Shown: positions 1-15,410 of the stretch, piece by piece
Numbering within the stretch: position 1 is the first letter of the stretch
How the letters are laid out: each line of letters opens with the position of its first letter
DNA from: Mustelus asterias
Lineage: Eukaryota
Direction of reading: 5' to 3'
Length of the DNA stretch: 64,000 nt
Assembly: GCF_964213995.1 (NCBI RefSeq)
Contig: NC_135805.1
Coordinates: forward strand, 144,336,001-144,400,000
Made by a program: the position numbers and the translations under genes
The notes under the pieces: model-generated
Told to the model about the DNA's origin: nothing
Database searches by the model: none
The model's input: the letters and a program-made list of their open reading frames with translations, nothing else

Positions 1-52
1 GAATTGAACGTAAGCCCCTGGAGCTGTGAGGCAATGATGCTAACCACTGTGA
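1..52 (-). mobile_element. 5' end of a tRNA-derived SINE, cut by the window edge
   Basis: ctggagctgtgaggcaatgatgctaaccactgtg is the reverse complement of the SINE head seen at 6394 and 29207. Confidence 0.65.
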
Positions 53-59
53 CATCAAA

Positions 60-965
60 TTTCAGAGAAGTGCAAAAGTAATATGGCAGTGATGGTTGGG
101 GATTTCAACTTCCCCAACATTAACTGTCTAGTTATCGTGTGAAAGATTGAGAGGGAGCGAAATCTTAAAATATGTCCAGTGGAATTTTTCAAACCATTAT
201 GTAGAAGGTCCTACAAGAGAGAGAGTAGTCCTAGAATTACTTTTAGATCACAAAGCCAGGCAATTTGTTGAAGTATCAGTGGGGGAGCATTTTGCAGACA
301 GCGATCATAACTCCATTAGATTCAACATTGTTTGGACAAGGACAAGAATGGGCCAGAATTCAAAGCTCAAAACTGGGGAAAGGGTGATTTTAATATGATC
401 AGATATTATTTGGCCAGAGTGGACTGGGAGCAGACACTTTTAGGTAAATCTGTGGCAAAACACAGTGGGATGTATTCAAGAAGGAAATAGGGAGAGCACA
501 GGGCCAACATGTTCCAATAAATAAGAAGAGTGGGACAAGCAAATCCAGTGAACCCTGGATATCAAGGAATATACAGCATTGGCTAAAGAGTGAAAGGGAG
601 GCCTATGGCAAAATCGAGGGCTCAATACAGTAGAAGCTCTGGAGGAGTACACAATATACAAGAAGGAACTTAAAAGGGAAATTAAGAGAGCACAAAGGGG
701 GCATGAAAGGATACTGGCAGGTGAAATAAAGGAAAACCGTAAGTTGTTCTATAAGTACATTAGGCAAAAAATGATAACTGTGGGCAGAGTACTGCCCAAT
801 AAGGACCACAGTGGTAATTTATGTGTGGAGCCAGAGGACTTAGGTAGGGTTCTAAGTGAATATTTTGTGTAGGTGTTCACTCGTGAGAGGGCCGATGTGG
901 GTATGGAAATCTGGGAGGACAGTGATCAAATTAAATAAATTAACATAGACAGAGAGGAGGTTCTG
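60..965 (+). mobile_element. Degenerate CR1 LINE ORF2 fragment (APE endonuclease C-terminus and linker)
   Basis: ORF 147-398 (YVEGPTRERVVLELLL...GEHFADSDHNSIRFNI) matches the CR1 endonuclease segment at 43563-44081; many stops. Confidence 0.85.
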
Positions 966-984
966 ATTTAATCATGAAAACAGC

Positions 985-2870
985 CAACGGAGGGAGGGCA
1001 GGGTGGAGGGTGCTGTTATTGTCTGGCACATTGACTTCTACCTTACAAAGGCTCAACACCAACTCCATGTTATCGCTTACTCCTACCAGCTGCTGACCAT
1101 GAACTCACTACGGATCATCAAACCATTGCTTCCTGGAATGTCACTGACCTCATCTCCCCTCGAGATCTTCCCTTCACATCTTCCAACCTTATAGTTTCCC
1201 AATCCCGGACAGCCTGCTTCTACCTCCCTCCCAAAATCTGCAAAGAGGACTGTTCCGGTCGGCCTGACGTGTCAGCCTGCTCCTGCCTCACTGAATTCAT
1301 TTCTTCCTATCTTGACTCCATCTTCTCTATTCTTGTCCAGTCCCTTCCCATCTAGTTCTATAATTCCTCTGGTGCTCTGTGTGATATCAACAACTTCCAA
1401 CACCCTGGCCCAAAGCGTCTCCTCTTTGCCATAGATGCCCAATCACTCTATATCTCCAGTCGCCACCAGGGTGGCCTAAGGGCTCTTCATTCCTTCCTCG
1501 AACAGAGGTCTGAACAATCCCCGTACGGCACCACTCATCTCCATCCGGCTGAACATATTTTCTCACTGAACAATTTCTCATTTAACTTGTTTCACTTTCT
1601 TCAAATAAGAGGTGTGGCTCCCTGAACCCATATGGGTTACGCTTGTCGCTTTATAGGTATGTGGAACATTCCTTGCTCGAGCCCTACTCCAGCCCCCTCC
1701 CACAACTTGTTCATCTGAACGTTGACGACTGTTTCAGTGCTGCTTCATGCTCTCAATGGGACCTGGAAAAAATGATCGATTTTGTTTCCAATTTCCGCTC
1801 TTCTACACCTTCCCATGGCCCATCTCCGACACTTCCATTCCTTGATGTGTCTGTCTCCCTTTCTGGTGTTAGTCTGTCCACTAGTATCCATTACTTGCCC
1901 ACTGGCTCCCACAGCTACCTTGACTACAGCTCTTCACACCCCAGATCACCTCTGTTGCATATTTTCTAATACCACTTTCCAAAATGGTGTTGCTAAGGGG
2001 ATTCCTATTCACTGTGGTTGACAGAGCTCTCAACTGTGTCTGAACCATCTCCCCGCTCACTGCTCTCACCCCCTCTGCTCCTTCCCAGAACCAGGATAAG
2101 GTCCCCTATGCCTTCACTTTTCATGCTCCAGCCTCCACATTCAATGGATCATCCTCTGCTATGTTCACCAACTCCAGTATAATGCCATCACCAAACACAT
2201 CTTCCCCCCAGTCCCCCTGTCAGTATCCTGCAGGGACCATGCCATCTGGGACACCATGGTCCATCACACCCTTACCCATGGTGCCTTTCCATTCAATCAT
2301 CAAAGGTGCATCACCTGCCCTTTTGCCTCCTCCCTGCTGACATCCCAGGACCAGAATACTTTTTTTTCATGTGAACCTCCTTTAACCTGGTCCATTGCAT
2401 TCACTGCTCCCAATACGATCTATTCTACACAGGTGGCATGGTAGCACAGTGGTTAGCACTGCTGCTTCACAGTTCCAGGGACCTGGGTTCGATTCCCGGC
2501 TCGGATCACTGTCTGTGTGGAGTTTGCACATTCTCCTCGTGTCTGCATGGGTTTCCTCCAGACGCTCCGGTTTCCTCCCACAGTCCAAAGATGTGTAGGT
2601 TAGGTGGATTGGCCGTGCTAAAATTGCGCCTTAGTGGCCTGAGATGTGTAGTTTAGAGGTATTAGTGGATAAAGATGTAGGGCTATGGGTAGGTCCTGAG
2701 TGGGATTGTGGTCGGTGCAGACTCAACGGGCCAAATGGCCTCTTTCTGCACTATAGAGTATCTATGATACATCGGAGAAAGGAGACTGGGCAACCATTTT
2801 GCAGAACATCTTCGGTCTGGGTAACCACTTTGCAGAACATCTTCGGTCTGTCCGCAAGCAGGACCCAGAC
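985..2870 (+). mobile_element. Degenerate Penelope-like element (RT to GIY-YIG region), interrupted by a SINE
   Basis: Remnant motifs FLDVSVS...STSIHY.PT.SHSYLDYSSSHP (ORF 1643-1969); sequence resumes after the SINE at about 2765. Confidence 0.7.
2432..2770 (+). mobile_element. HE1-type tRNA-derived SINE with CR1-like tail
   Basis: Head ggtagcacagtggttagcactgctgcttcacag...ggttcgattcc (A/B boxes) and tail ggccaaatggcct...tctatga. Confidence 0.9.
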
Positions 2871-3089
2871 TATGTAACGGCTGTCCTTTGGGACGAGTTA
2901 ACCTGCCCCTGTTTGATCAATTGTTACTCAATTGGCTGAGGGATCTACACATTTCCCCAGCTGGGATGTTTGGTCGACTGCAGGAAACTCTGGAGAGTGT
3001 GTTCGAATGGCTTTTCTCCACTGCGGGGGATTTTTCAGTTGGTCCAGCAAGGTTTCTGCCCCGCTCTGGGCCATTGATTCCCACAATTA

Positions 3090-3702
<613 letters not shown>

Positions 3703-3733
3703 ACAAATTCACCCAATTCTCACAAAACCCAAA

Positions 3734-3749
3734 GGCTCTTTTCAGAGCC
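3734..3749 (+). terminator. Histone mRNA 3' stem-loop (H4)
   Basis: ggctcttttcagagcc. Confidence 0.95.
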
Positions 3750-4333
3750 GCCCACATCCTCACATTGAGAGCCCTGACCTTGGTATTGGAGTGCGGACTC
3801 TGTTTATAAATCTACACAGATTTTGCATCACCTGTTCTCCGATTATATTTTGACCTTCATGAATAACACGTTGATCCCGTCTCGGGGATCCCGTCTCAGG
3901 GATTGTTTAGTTACTGTAATTTCCTGTTAATCGCTGATTACCATTAAAATTTGTGGGTTATGTATTTTTCTACTCGATCAACTCACCTCTCTTCGCTTGT
4001 TTTGAATTATTGTATGAAGCAAGGAGTCACCCATGATAAAGTGTTTTTGACACTACGTTTTCCGCATATCACTGGGACTCTTATGCCAGTTTGTCACAAT
4101 GAATCTGAATGTCAGCCTGGCGCTAAGGCAGTGAGCGAACATTTGAGTTTTGTTTGCGATTTTAAAATTGAGATGATTGGCCTCAAAGTCGGTTTTCTTT
4201 CATTTCTGAATCTTGTTCCTCATGAGGTCGCCTCTCAATCCAGCTCATTTAAGTGGAAAGCTGCAGAGGAATTCTCAACAATTCGTTACTAAGGGAATGG
4301 AAAATGGGTCACCCTTTCATGGAGAAAGTGGGT

Positions 4334-4349
4334 GGCTCTGAAAAGAGCC
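4334..4349 (-). terminator. Histone mRNA 3' stem-loop (H2A)
   Basis: Reverse complement ggctcttttcagagcc followed by accca. Confidence 0.95.
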
Positions 4350-4379
4350 TTTGGGTTGTTACATTTCAGAGTGGTCGCC

Positions 4380-4817
<438 letters not shown>

Positions 4818-4819
4818 TC

Positions 4820-4975
4820 ACTTCTCTTATAGCTTGGGGAGGGATGCCGGTGCACACATTGCTGATTGGCTATGGGGAAAACCTAATGACACCTTCTCCA
4901 CAATGACCAATCAGATATCTGTTTAAAGCACCAATCGGGAAAGGTCACGGTGCTGAGGGCGGAAAGTAAGGGCGC
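4820..4975 (-). promoter_or_regulatory. H2A promoter (TATA, CCAAT boxes, GC box)
   Basis: cttatag, tgattggc, ccaatca, ccaatcg, gggcgg; conserved at 12075-12230 and 29115-29580. Confidence 0.75.
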
Positions 4976-5239
4976 CAAATTCTCAGATTCCAACCGATTC
5001 ATTATTTCAAATTTTAAATGAGCGCCAAAATACAAAGAAAAATTTACACAGTAATCAGAACAAAACGTTAATACGTAATTCAGATTTCAGCTCAAGATTA
5101 GAATACACTCCATTTCTCTCCCTAATCTAAAAATTCCCTTTCAGACACTTTCTGATTTGATGTGTGGGATTTCTTTGTAACTGATAAGAAGCCGAAAATT
5201 AATTGAAGTAACATTCTGCGGGAAATCTGAATTAAAGTC

Positions 5240-5400
5240 GGAAAATGCTGGATGAACCCAGCCGCTCCGGCAGCGTCGATGGCGAAACAGTGTTAATGTT
5301 TGGGATCTTTACAAGGGTCATTCCAATCCGGATCCTTCATTCTGTTTCTTCACAGATGCTGCCAGGCTTGCTGAGTTTATCCTGCAGTTTCAGTATTTAT
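5240..5400. mobile_element. Degenerate fold-back repeat, probably Penelope pLTR-derived (second family)
   Basis: aaaatgctgga...cagc and gatgctgccagg...gctgagttt inverted arms; related to 24795-24985. Confidence 0.45.
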
Positions 5401-5904
5401 TCAAGCCCAAAATAAAGGCGCCAACCTTCCAGAATCTGAACTTTTAAGGTAAGCCGCCGTGACAAATTACTAACAGAAATTAGCCCGAAGTTAAAATATT
5501 GAATAATCAAGTTTTATAATGTAGTCCTCGCTCATTCTATTGATCTGCATTGTATTACTAATTGCAATTTCAACTTTACAATCCGGAGTCTAATCAAAAT
5601 TAATTTGGGAGTTGTTTAAAACGCTCTGAACAGGCGTCAGAATGTCTCATTCACCGTCTCTTGCAAATAGTCTAATATTGTATCCATTTTGCAATCGGCT
5701 ACAGAATCAGTGTTAAAAGTGGAGTTTTCACTTTGGTACCAGGATGGAGATTGAGGTTTCGACACCAGTGGTGTTCATTTTTAATAAACTGATCGACTAT
5801 TGAGAGCATTCTTGAACACATTCTTGCACACTTCCCAGGTTTTACACGCTACTTTGATTGCAAAGTCCCCCACTTAGATCTGTTGCCAAAGCAAAACCTT
5901 TTGT

Positions 5905-6390
5905 GGATGTGTGTATATATATATATATATATACATATATGTGTGTGAGGGAGAGAGAGAGAAAGAGAGTGGTTCTGTCTCTGTATGTCTCTCTCCATTT
6001 CTACCTCTAACTGTCTACTTCTCTGTTTCTGTCACTATTCTTCCACTTCAATCTGATTCTCTGTGTAACTTTACACGTGTCTCTATGTGTTTCCCCATCT
6101 CTTTCTGTCTCTCTCTCTCTGTTTCCCATTCTTAGTCTCTATCTTTGCCTTTCTGTCCCTCTATCGCTCCCTCTACCTCTTTCCCTGTCTGTGTTTCTAT
6201 GTTCCTTCCTGATTCTACGTATCTCCCTTTCTCTCTCTATTTCTCTATCTCTGTATCTTTGTCTTTCTCAATGTCCCTCTCATTCTTCCTGCCTCGGTCT
6301 AACTTTAAATCTCTGTTTCTCTCTTTCTATATGTCCCTCTCTCTGAGTCTCACCATCTCTCCCTCTTTCTGTCTCTGGTTATGTGTCTCC
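5905..6390. repeat. (TA)n/(GA)n microsatellite and CT-rich low-complexity tract
   Basis: Directly visible. Confidence 0.9.
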
Positions 6391-6393
6391 ATG

Positions 6394-6738
6394 GGGCGGC
6401 ACAGTAGCACAGTGGTTAGCACCGCTGCTTCACAGCTCCAGGGTCCCGGGTTCGATCCCCGGCTCGGGTCACTGTCTGTGTGGAGTTTGCACATTCTCCT
6501 CATGTCTGCGTGGGTTTCCTCCGGGTGCTCCGGTTTCCTCCCACAGTCCAAAGATGTGTGGGTTAGGTTGATTGGCCAGGTTTTTTAAAAAAATTGCCCC
6601 TTAGAGACCTGAGATGCGTAGGTTAGAGGGATAGTGGGTAAATATGTGGGGGTAGGGCCTGGGTGGGATTGTGGTCGGTGCAGACTCGATGGGCCAAATG
6701 GCCTCCTTCTGCACTGTAGGGTTTCTATGATTCTATGA
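6394..6738 (+). mobile_element. HE1-type SINE, full length
   Basis: Head gggcggcacagtagcacagtggttagc and tail ttctatgattctatga. Confidence 0.92.
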
Positions 6739-7727
6739 TATTTCACTCTTTCTCATTTCCAGTACGTTATTGCGCGTGTTGTGGACAAAATGCAAACATG
6801 TGTAACACTGGCACTCACTGTCACCACTGCTGTTGTGTTGTTGGTGAGACAGTCACTATCCAATCTCCCCTGAAGGTCCTGATTTTATCTTTAGTTTTTG
6901 AATGTCCAGTTCGAATCAGAATGGTCAGAGTCTATCTGTGATTGTCAACAACTCCACTATCAGCGGCTGTGGGATTATTCTTTAACTGGGCATCCCTGTT
7001 GTTTGAGTTCACGGTTTAGTGTTACTGAGCAGTGGAAGAGGATTACCCAAACTGAAAAACCTCCAGTTTTAGAGAAGAGATCATTTGCATTTTCACCTTG
7101 AAGAAAGCTGCACGATCAATGTAATGGCATGAAAGCACATCTGGCTGCTGCTGGAGAGTGAGGTTAACACACAGTATGCGGGGCAGGAAAAACAGAGATG
7201 AACAAAGTGAATGGAGAATTTACAATTAACCAACAGAACAGGGGGAAGTGTGGAAGAGAACGACAATATGCCCTGAGAAGTTTAAAATTCAAAAACATTT
7301 TAGCCTTGGATTGTGTAGATGTGAATATTGTGTAGCAGAGAGTGTGTGATGGGGCGGGGAAACAAGAGAATATCACTGTGTTTGTGGATCCATTCAGATC
7401 ATGAGATCTCCTCATCATTCTTGTGTAAAAGAAAAATATTTTTCAATCAAATTCTCCCCCTGTATCCCTCCTACTTCTCAAAGTTAGATTTCAATGCAAT
7501 TTCCATGTCGGTTTCCAAATTTCTGCTGAAAAGTAAGGAAGATGACAGCGATGGGGTGAGAGAGCGCGAACAGTACAGCAGCGAAACGGGATTTAATCCC
7601 AAATGCAGCCTTCACTCCGGGTGAAATTTTTTCTGCAACAGACATAGAGTGTCAGACACAGTGAGGATTGAACCTGGGACAGAGTGGAGCCGGGATTTGA
7701 GTGGAAATTGAGAGTTTGGGACGAGAG

Positions 7728-7805
7728 AGAAACACAGAGAAGGCAGCAGCAGCCTGGAGCTGACAGCAGCTTGTCTCCGCCCCGTCCGCTCGCTGCCTTT
7801 AAGTT
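7728..7805 (+). promoter_or_regulatory. H1 promoter (H1/AC box, GC box, TATA-like)
   Basis: AAACACA at 7730-7736, ccgccc at about 7777, tttaag at about 7798. Confidence 0.7.
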
Positions 7806-7881
7806 GCTCAGTGCCGCCTCCAGACGCTTCATTTCTCATCCAGTTCACATTGACGGAGAGATTTGGTGCAGAGTTACGGAC

Positions 7882-8502
7882 ATGAGCGACAGTGCAGCCG
7901 CCGAAACGGCTCCTCCAGCCGCCGCCACAAGCAAGACAGCCAAGAAGAAGAAGGCAGCGGCTCCCCGGAAGAAAGCAACAGGTCCCAGTCTGGGCGATCT
8001 GATCCTCCAGATAGTGGCGGAATCCAAAGATCGCAAGGGGATCTCCGCTGCCGCCATCAAGAATGAGCTGCGGAGCAAAGGGGTGGATGTGGCGAAACGG
8101 GTGGCCCTGATCAAGCAAAGTTTAAAGAGGAATGTGGAAAATGGAAAGCTGATTCAGTACAGTGGCATTGGCGCCTCCGGCTCCTTCAAACTCGCTCAGA
8201 AAACAGCGGAGCGGAAAACTGTAAAGGTAAAGACAGGAGCGGCCAGGAAGACCCAAGTCAAGAAAGCGGGGGCCAAGAAAGCAACAAAGAAGTCGGCAAC
8301 AAAGAAACCAGCAACAAAGAAACCAGCAGCCAAGAAACCAGCAGCCAAGAAAACAACCAAGAAGGCGACAACACCAAAAAAGAGCGTGAAGAAAGTAACA
8401 CCCAAGAAAAAGATTGTTGTGAAGAAGGTCGCGAAGGGAAAGACATCAAAGGCCAAACCCAAAACGACTGCAGCAAAATCTAAGAAAGCAGGAAAGAAGT
8501 GA
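7882..8502 (+). CDS. H1: Linker histone H1, 206 aa
   Basis: MSDSAAAETAPPAA N-terminus, globular domain ending GIGASGSFKL, K/A/P-rich tail. Confidence 0.96.
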   Translation: MSDSAAAETAPPAAATSKTAKKKKAAAPRKKATGPSLGDLILQIVAESKDRKGISAAAIKNELRSKGVDVAKRVALIKQSLKRNVENGKLIQYSGIGASGSFKLAQKTAERKTVKVKTGAARKTQVKKAGAKKATKKSATKKPATKKPAAKKPAAKKTTKKATTPKKSVKKVTPKKKIVVKKVAKGKTSKAKPKTTAAKSKKAGKK

Positions 8503-8538
8503 AATACACCGAGCAAATCCTAAACCTCTAAACCCAAA

Positions 8539-8554
8539 GGCTCTTCTCAGAGCC
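8539..8554 (+). terminator. Histone mRNA 3' stem-loop (H1)
   Basis: ggctcttctcagagcc-accca with downstream aatgagctg. Confidence 0.93.
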
Positions 8555-9249
8555 ACCCACCTCTCTCAGGAATGAGCTGAACCCCCCGCGATCAATGAAT
8601 CGCTGTCCCGGCGCTGGGAGCAGATTTCAGATAGAAATGTCAATCCAGTATTCCCGCTCACTCGCTGACATGTTCTAGACCCGGACCCCCCTCACACTCT
8701 GCACTCAAACACAGGGATGTTGCTGCCTCTCCCTAACCCGGGAATGGCTCCAGGGGAACACACACTTTGTGTTAGTTTGTTTATTCACAGATTCAGGGTG
8801 TGGGTGTAAAAGAGGAATCCTGGCGGTGAAAGCCCACCTCACAACTCAAAACCCAAACACATTTTATCAGCTGGGACGGTCGTGAGTAAAATTTTGAACT
8901 CGTCTGGGAGAGGAGTTGTCGGGAATGGAATAGGAGGTGGGATTGAAATGGGAGGAGGCAGTTCGACTGGTTATAGAAAGGATTGCACTGAGGCGGGAAT
9001 GTTACTGACAAGTCTGGATTGAATAGATCCGGGTTTCTAACTAGCTTGTATCTGATTCCAGTTTGTACGTTTTGTTCCGCGCGCTCTTTTCACTTCTGTT
9101 TGAATTTAAATCTAAAATGTCGGTTCGAGCCGGCAGGAGGAGGAGCTGGATGGTGAAATACATTTCACTGCTTTGTCTGTCTCTCAGTCTCGCTGTATAA
9201 TAAAGGAAGCTGCAGCAGCTCCTCTCTCATTCAGCAGCGATTTGACTGA

Positions 9250-9810
<561 letters not shown>

Positions 9811-9924
9811 TAATTTCTTCCCATTACAATTTGTGTTTTGACCTGATGTATATTTCTATTCCATTCCTTCAATCGGTCTGCAGCAATTCCTAGCTCTTCA
9901 ACCGTGTAAAACTTGTTTTTAATC

Positions 9925-10350
9925 ATAAAATCCCTGCAGTGCAGAAGGAGTGATGTGGAGATGCCGGCATTGGTCTGGGGTAAGCACAGTAAGAAATCTC
10001 ACAACACCAGGTTAAAGTCCAACAGATTTATTTGGTAGCTCAAGCTTGTGCTACCAAATAAACATGTTGGACTTTAACCTGGTGTTGTGAGACTTCTTAC
10101 TGTAAAAGAGGCCATTCGGCCCACTGAGGGTGCAACGAGCAGAATCGCACTCAGGCCCCATCTCCGTAACCCCATGCATTTACTCTAGCTAGTCCCCCAA
10201 AGCCGCACATTTTTTGGACTGTGGGAGGAAACCGGAGCACCCGGACGAAACCACGTAAACACGGGAGAATGTGCAAATTCCACACAGTGACACAAGCCGG
10301 GAATCGAACCGGGTCCTTGGCAGCTAACCACGGTGCCACAGTGGCACCCT
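9925..10350 (-). mobile_element. HE1-type SINE interrupted by a Penelope mini fold-back
   Basis: Reverse-complement SINE tail at 9925-9950 resuming at about 10105; head ggaatcgaacc...ctaaccac. Confidence 0.85.
9951..10100. mobile_element. Penelope-terminus mini fold-back (inverted repeat) insertion
   Basis: About 55-bp inverted arms centred on AAGCTT at 10042-10047; arms match the pLTR end at 47880-47973. Confidence 0.85.
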
Positions 10351-10512
10351 AATCATTATTTAAGAGTCCACAGAATCTCTGGAGCAGAAAGAGGACATTT
10401 GTTTGACACGTTTTCCGCATATCACTCGGGAGTTTTATCCCAGGCTGTTATATGTCCTTCACGGAATGAATCTGAATTTATCCCTGGTGCTAAGGCAGTG
10501 AGCAAACATTGA

Positions 10513-11205
<693 letters not shown>

Positions 11206-11234
11206 AAACCCACCTCAACCCCCAACCAAACAAA

Positions 11235-11250
11235 GGCTCTTTTCAGAGCC
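11235..11250 (+). terminator. Histone mRNA 3' stem-loop (H3)
   Basis: ggctcttttcagagcc and a downstream element gaaaagagctg. Confidence 0.95.
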
Positions 11251-11589
11251 GCCAAGTCTGTCAGGAAAAGAGCTGCAGCACGGATTATATCTCGATGGCA
11301 CAATTTAGTTTCTTTCATGGTGTATCTTTCACCCGCTCCGAGGCATGCGGGGTGTATTTGTTTTCAGTTGTGTAGCAATATGTATTTAATTTAAACTCAT
11401 GCCCGAGTTTGATTCAACGCAGCGCACTCTGCACAAGCATTGTACAAACATCAGGCCCCTCAATAACCCGCCCTTTCACAGACTAAGTGGCAGTTCATAT
11501 GCAGCTCACGTTCGTGGAAAGATTGAGGAATTCTCAAACTCGCTATTAATCGGATGGAGATTTGGTCGCCCTTTCCAGAGAAAGTGGGT

Positions 11590-11605
11590 GGCTCTGAAAA
11601 GAGCC
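11590..11605 (-). terminator. Histone mRNA 3' stem-loop (H2A)
   Basis: Reverse complement ggctcttttcagagcc. Confidence 0.95.
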
Positions 11606-11635
11606 TTTGGGTTGCTAGATTTCAGAGCAGTCGCT

Positions 11636-12070
<435 letters not shown>

Positions 12071-12552
12071 TCACTTCTCTTATAGCTTGGGGAGGGATGG
12101 CGGTGCACACATTGCTGATTGGTTATGGGAAAAACCTAATGAGACCTTCTCTACAATGACCAATCAGATATCTGTTTAAAGCACCAATCGGGAAAGGCCA
12201 GGGTGCTCAGGGCGGAAAGTTAGGGCGCCAAATTCTCAGATTCCAACCGATTCATTATTTCAAATGAGCGCCAAAATCTATCGAAAATTCGAGTAGGAAT
12301 TGTCAACAATGTTAAGTAATTCAGATTTCAGTTCAAGATTAGAATACACTCCATTTAATTCCCTAATCTAAAGTTTCCCCTTTATCAGTCAGTTTCTGAT
12401 TTTATGTGCGCGATTTTTCTGTTACTGATAGGAAGCCGAAAATTAATTGAAGTAACAAACATACTGCCGGAAATCTGAATTGAAATCAGAGGGCGGAAAG
12501 TCAGGAGCCACATTTTTAAATTTCAACTGATTGCTTGTCACATTTGAAAAAA

Positions 12553-12782
12553 TGTTTATTTATTCGTCACAGGTAATGCTTACATTTACACTGCAATGAA
12601 GTTGCTGTGAAATTCCTCTAGTCGACACACTCCGGCGCCTCTTCGGGTCAATATACCTAATATACCTAAGATTATGGGAGGAAACTGGAGCACCTGGAGG
12701 AAACCCACGCAGACACGGGAAGAACGTGCAAACTCCACACAGACAGTGACCCAATCCGGGAATCGAACCCGGGTCCCTAAGC
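12553..12782 (-). mobile_element. tRNA-derived SINE with an alternative (TAAA)n tail
   Basis: Shared SINE core plus tail tttatttattcgtcacag...gaagttgctgtgaaattcc, also at 16310-16592. Confidence 0.75.
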
Positions 12783-14744
12783 AAGAAAAAATTCAAATAA
12801 TAAACCAACTTTTAAGGTGTGACTTTTAACATTCAGCCAAACTCTCCTCCTCTAGTTCCTGATTATACGTGCCAATCTGATTCTGTGAACCAGGTGTATG
12901 CCAGTATGTTATTTCATTTTGGTTTCTAACTGTTTCTGATGAAGGAAATTATAATGGTTCCGGTCCGTGTAACTTTCTGGTTCATTGATTGCTGTCCTGC
13001 TCAGTATCTGTGAGCTTCTGGCATATGATAGTGGAATGTCAGTCGCATGTGATTTTGTGTTTTGCCTTCGAATTATCAGTACCTCTCACGTTGTGAGGTT
13101 TTTAATCTGTACTGGGAAGATTTTCTTTAAATTACATACCATGCCTTATGTCTGTATCTATACATATTTGGTATTTGATGTGTCTTTGCTTATCATTTGT
13201 ACCCGGCCATCATAGTGATGAGAAACTGATCCTTTTTTCTACATGTCGTATTCAGATGTATGAATGTGGATTTTAATCTGTACCATTTAGATTCAGCAAT
13301 GGACATGTTTATTTTTCCCCTTGTATTCCAATTTATTTTCTTCATAATTTTGTTTATTTTTCTATCATTTTGTTGCTGTACTGATGGCGGTTTTGCTTGG
13401 GAACTGTGAATTTCTGATATGTTAATGTGGTTTGCTCTTTGCAATTGTCGGTTTCTGTGTTTTTTTTTAATACTTTTCCAATTCAATCAAATCAAATCCA
13501 ATTCAGAGTCTCAACAAGTTGAAACATTCTGGATGGCAAGAGTTACTTCCAGGCTGGCAAATGTAGCAAAATTGTTAGCCTGTCAGTGTTTCATCTGTTA
13601 TTTTAAAATACACTTTGCATGTCAGTTTCTAATGTGTGAATCTGCATTTGCCTCAGTGCCTGTCAGTTACAACTATGTAAATAATTGTTTTACTTTGTAC
13701 ATGGCAGTTTCTGAGATGGGGAAAATATTTTTTCTGCATGTTTTATATTCTGGTAAATTAATGTGGGGTCTCTCTGAACCTGTTTCATTCTGATATATGC
13801 ATTATTCTCCACCTGTCCTCTTTTGATGTACTCTGTTACTGTCCATGTCTGATCTGTTATTTTTGGTGTTACTCTGTACCATGTTGTATTATTTATATAT
13901 ATATGTTTATTTTACTCTTCACCTGTCTGCTTCCGATAATGTGAGCCTGGATTTTATTCTCGTCCTGTTAGTTACTTCATTATAATTATGTCATAACTCC
14001 TTCAGCATTTGATTTCATAATTGATTGAGGGTTTTCAAACTCTATCTGTTTCTAGAATATGGATATGCCTATTGTTCACTATCTTTATCTGAACTGTGAA
14101 TGGGTATTTTGTTTCTGTGTCTTGTTTCTCACATTTTAAAGTGTGTTGCACAATGTACCTCTTACAGATACATTGTACAATACAATAAATTGCATAGGAT
14201 GAGAGCAAGAGGCCCATCGAACCTGCTCTACCATCCAATGTGATCATCAATGATTTCAAGCTGATTTTCCAAACTGTTTTCCCATATCCTTCAGCTTCTC
14301 AAGAGACTAAACTCTAGGGAATATAATCTTAATTTGTTTATCTCTCATCATACGGCACCCTAAACTCAAGTACCAATTTAGTGAATATTTGCTGAACGGT
14401 CTCAAATGTGAGTATTGTTAAGTGTGGTAATTTGGTTCTCAGACCTTTTGATTGGAATTCTGGGTTTTAGAATTTATCATTCTACAAGTCAGTGTGGCTA
14501 CAGTTTGTCTCACTATCAGAATAATGTTTTCCTTCTGTATCAGTCATTCTGTGGTACTTTGCATTTTGTTTTCCATTCTTGACATTAGAAATCCTTTTGT
14601 TTGATGGTTGCTCTTGCGGATTTTGAAATCGGGTGTGAATGTGCCACTATCTGTGTCATTCAGTGCCTGGTACATTGCATAATTTTCAGACCAAATTTTA
14701 TATGATTGTAGGGTAGATTCTGCATTTATGCTGATTTTATTAAA

Positions 14745-15410
14745 GAGTCATAGAGGTTTACAGAATGAAAACAGGCCCAACTTGTCCATGCTGCCCTTTT
14801 TTTTAAAAACCACTAAACTAATCCCAATTGCCCGCATTTGACCCATATCCCTCTATATCCATCGTACCCATGTAACTATCTAAATGCTTTTTAAAAGATA
14901 AAATTGTACCCGCCTCTACCACTACCTCTGGCAGCTTGTTCCAGACACTCACCATCCTCTGTGTGAAAAAAGTGCCCCTCTGGACATTTTTTGTATCTCT
15001 TCCCTCTCACCTTAAACCTATGCCCTCTAGTTTTAGACTCCCCTACCTTTAGGAAAAGATATTGACTATCTACCTTGTCTAGACCCCTCATTATTTTATA
15101 GACCTCTATAAGGTCACCCCTCAGCCTCCCACGCTCCAGAGACAAATGTCCCAGCCTATTCAGCCTCTCCTCATAACTCAATCCATCGAGTCCCGGTAGC
15201 ATCCTAGTAAATCTTTTCTGCACTCTTTCTAGTTTAATAATACCCTTTCTATAGCAGGGTGACCAGAATTGCATACTGTAATCCAAGTGTGGCCTTACCA
15301 ATGTCTTGTACAACTTTAACAAGACGTCCCAACTCCTGTATTCAATGTTCTGACCGATGAAACCAAACATGCCGAATGCCTTCTTCACCCCTCTGTCCAC
15401 CTGTGACCTG
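14745..15410 (-). mobile_element. CR1 LINE 3' fragment
   Basis: ORF 14891-15400 (LYKTLVRPHLDYSMQFWSP...LERVQKRFTRMLPG); same subfamily as 56480-57965. Confidence 0.93.

Noticed and set aside
2873-3085. Possible small solo LTR (tgtaac...cccaca)
   Set aside because: The flanks give only an imperfect duplication (acta/atta) and there is no second copy or empty site
6394-6470. tRNA gene
   Set aside because: The A and B boxes belong to SINE heads; no complete cloverleaf or terminator, and the sequence continues into the SINE body
5911-6588. Hydrophobic Leu/Ser-rich ORFs
   Set aside because: Translation of CT-rich low-complexity DNA and a SINE
7684-7881. N-terminal extensions of the H1, H3 (10609, 27885) and H2A (4772, 29064) ORF calls
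   Set aside because: They start at upstream or non-ATG codons inside promoter or 5' UTR sequence; canonical starts were used instead
9951-10100. miRNA hairpin or DNA-transposon MITE
   Set aside because: The arms match the Penelope pLTR terminus and there is an asymmetric tail on one side only
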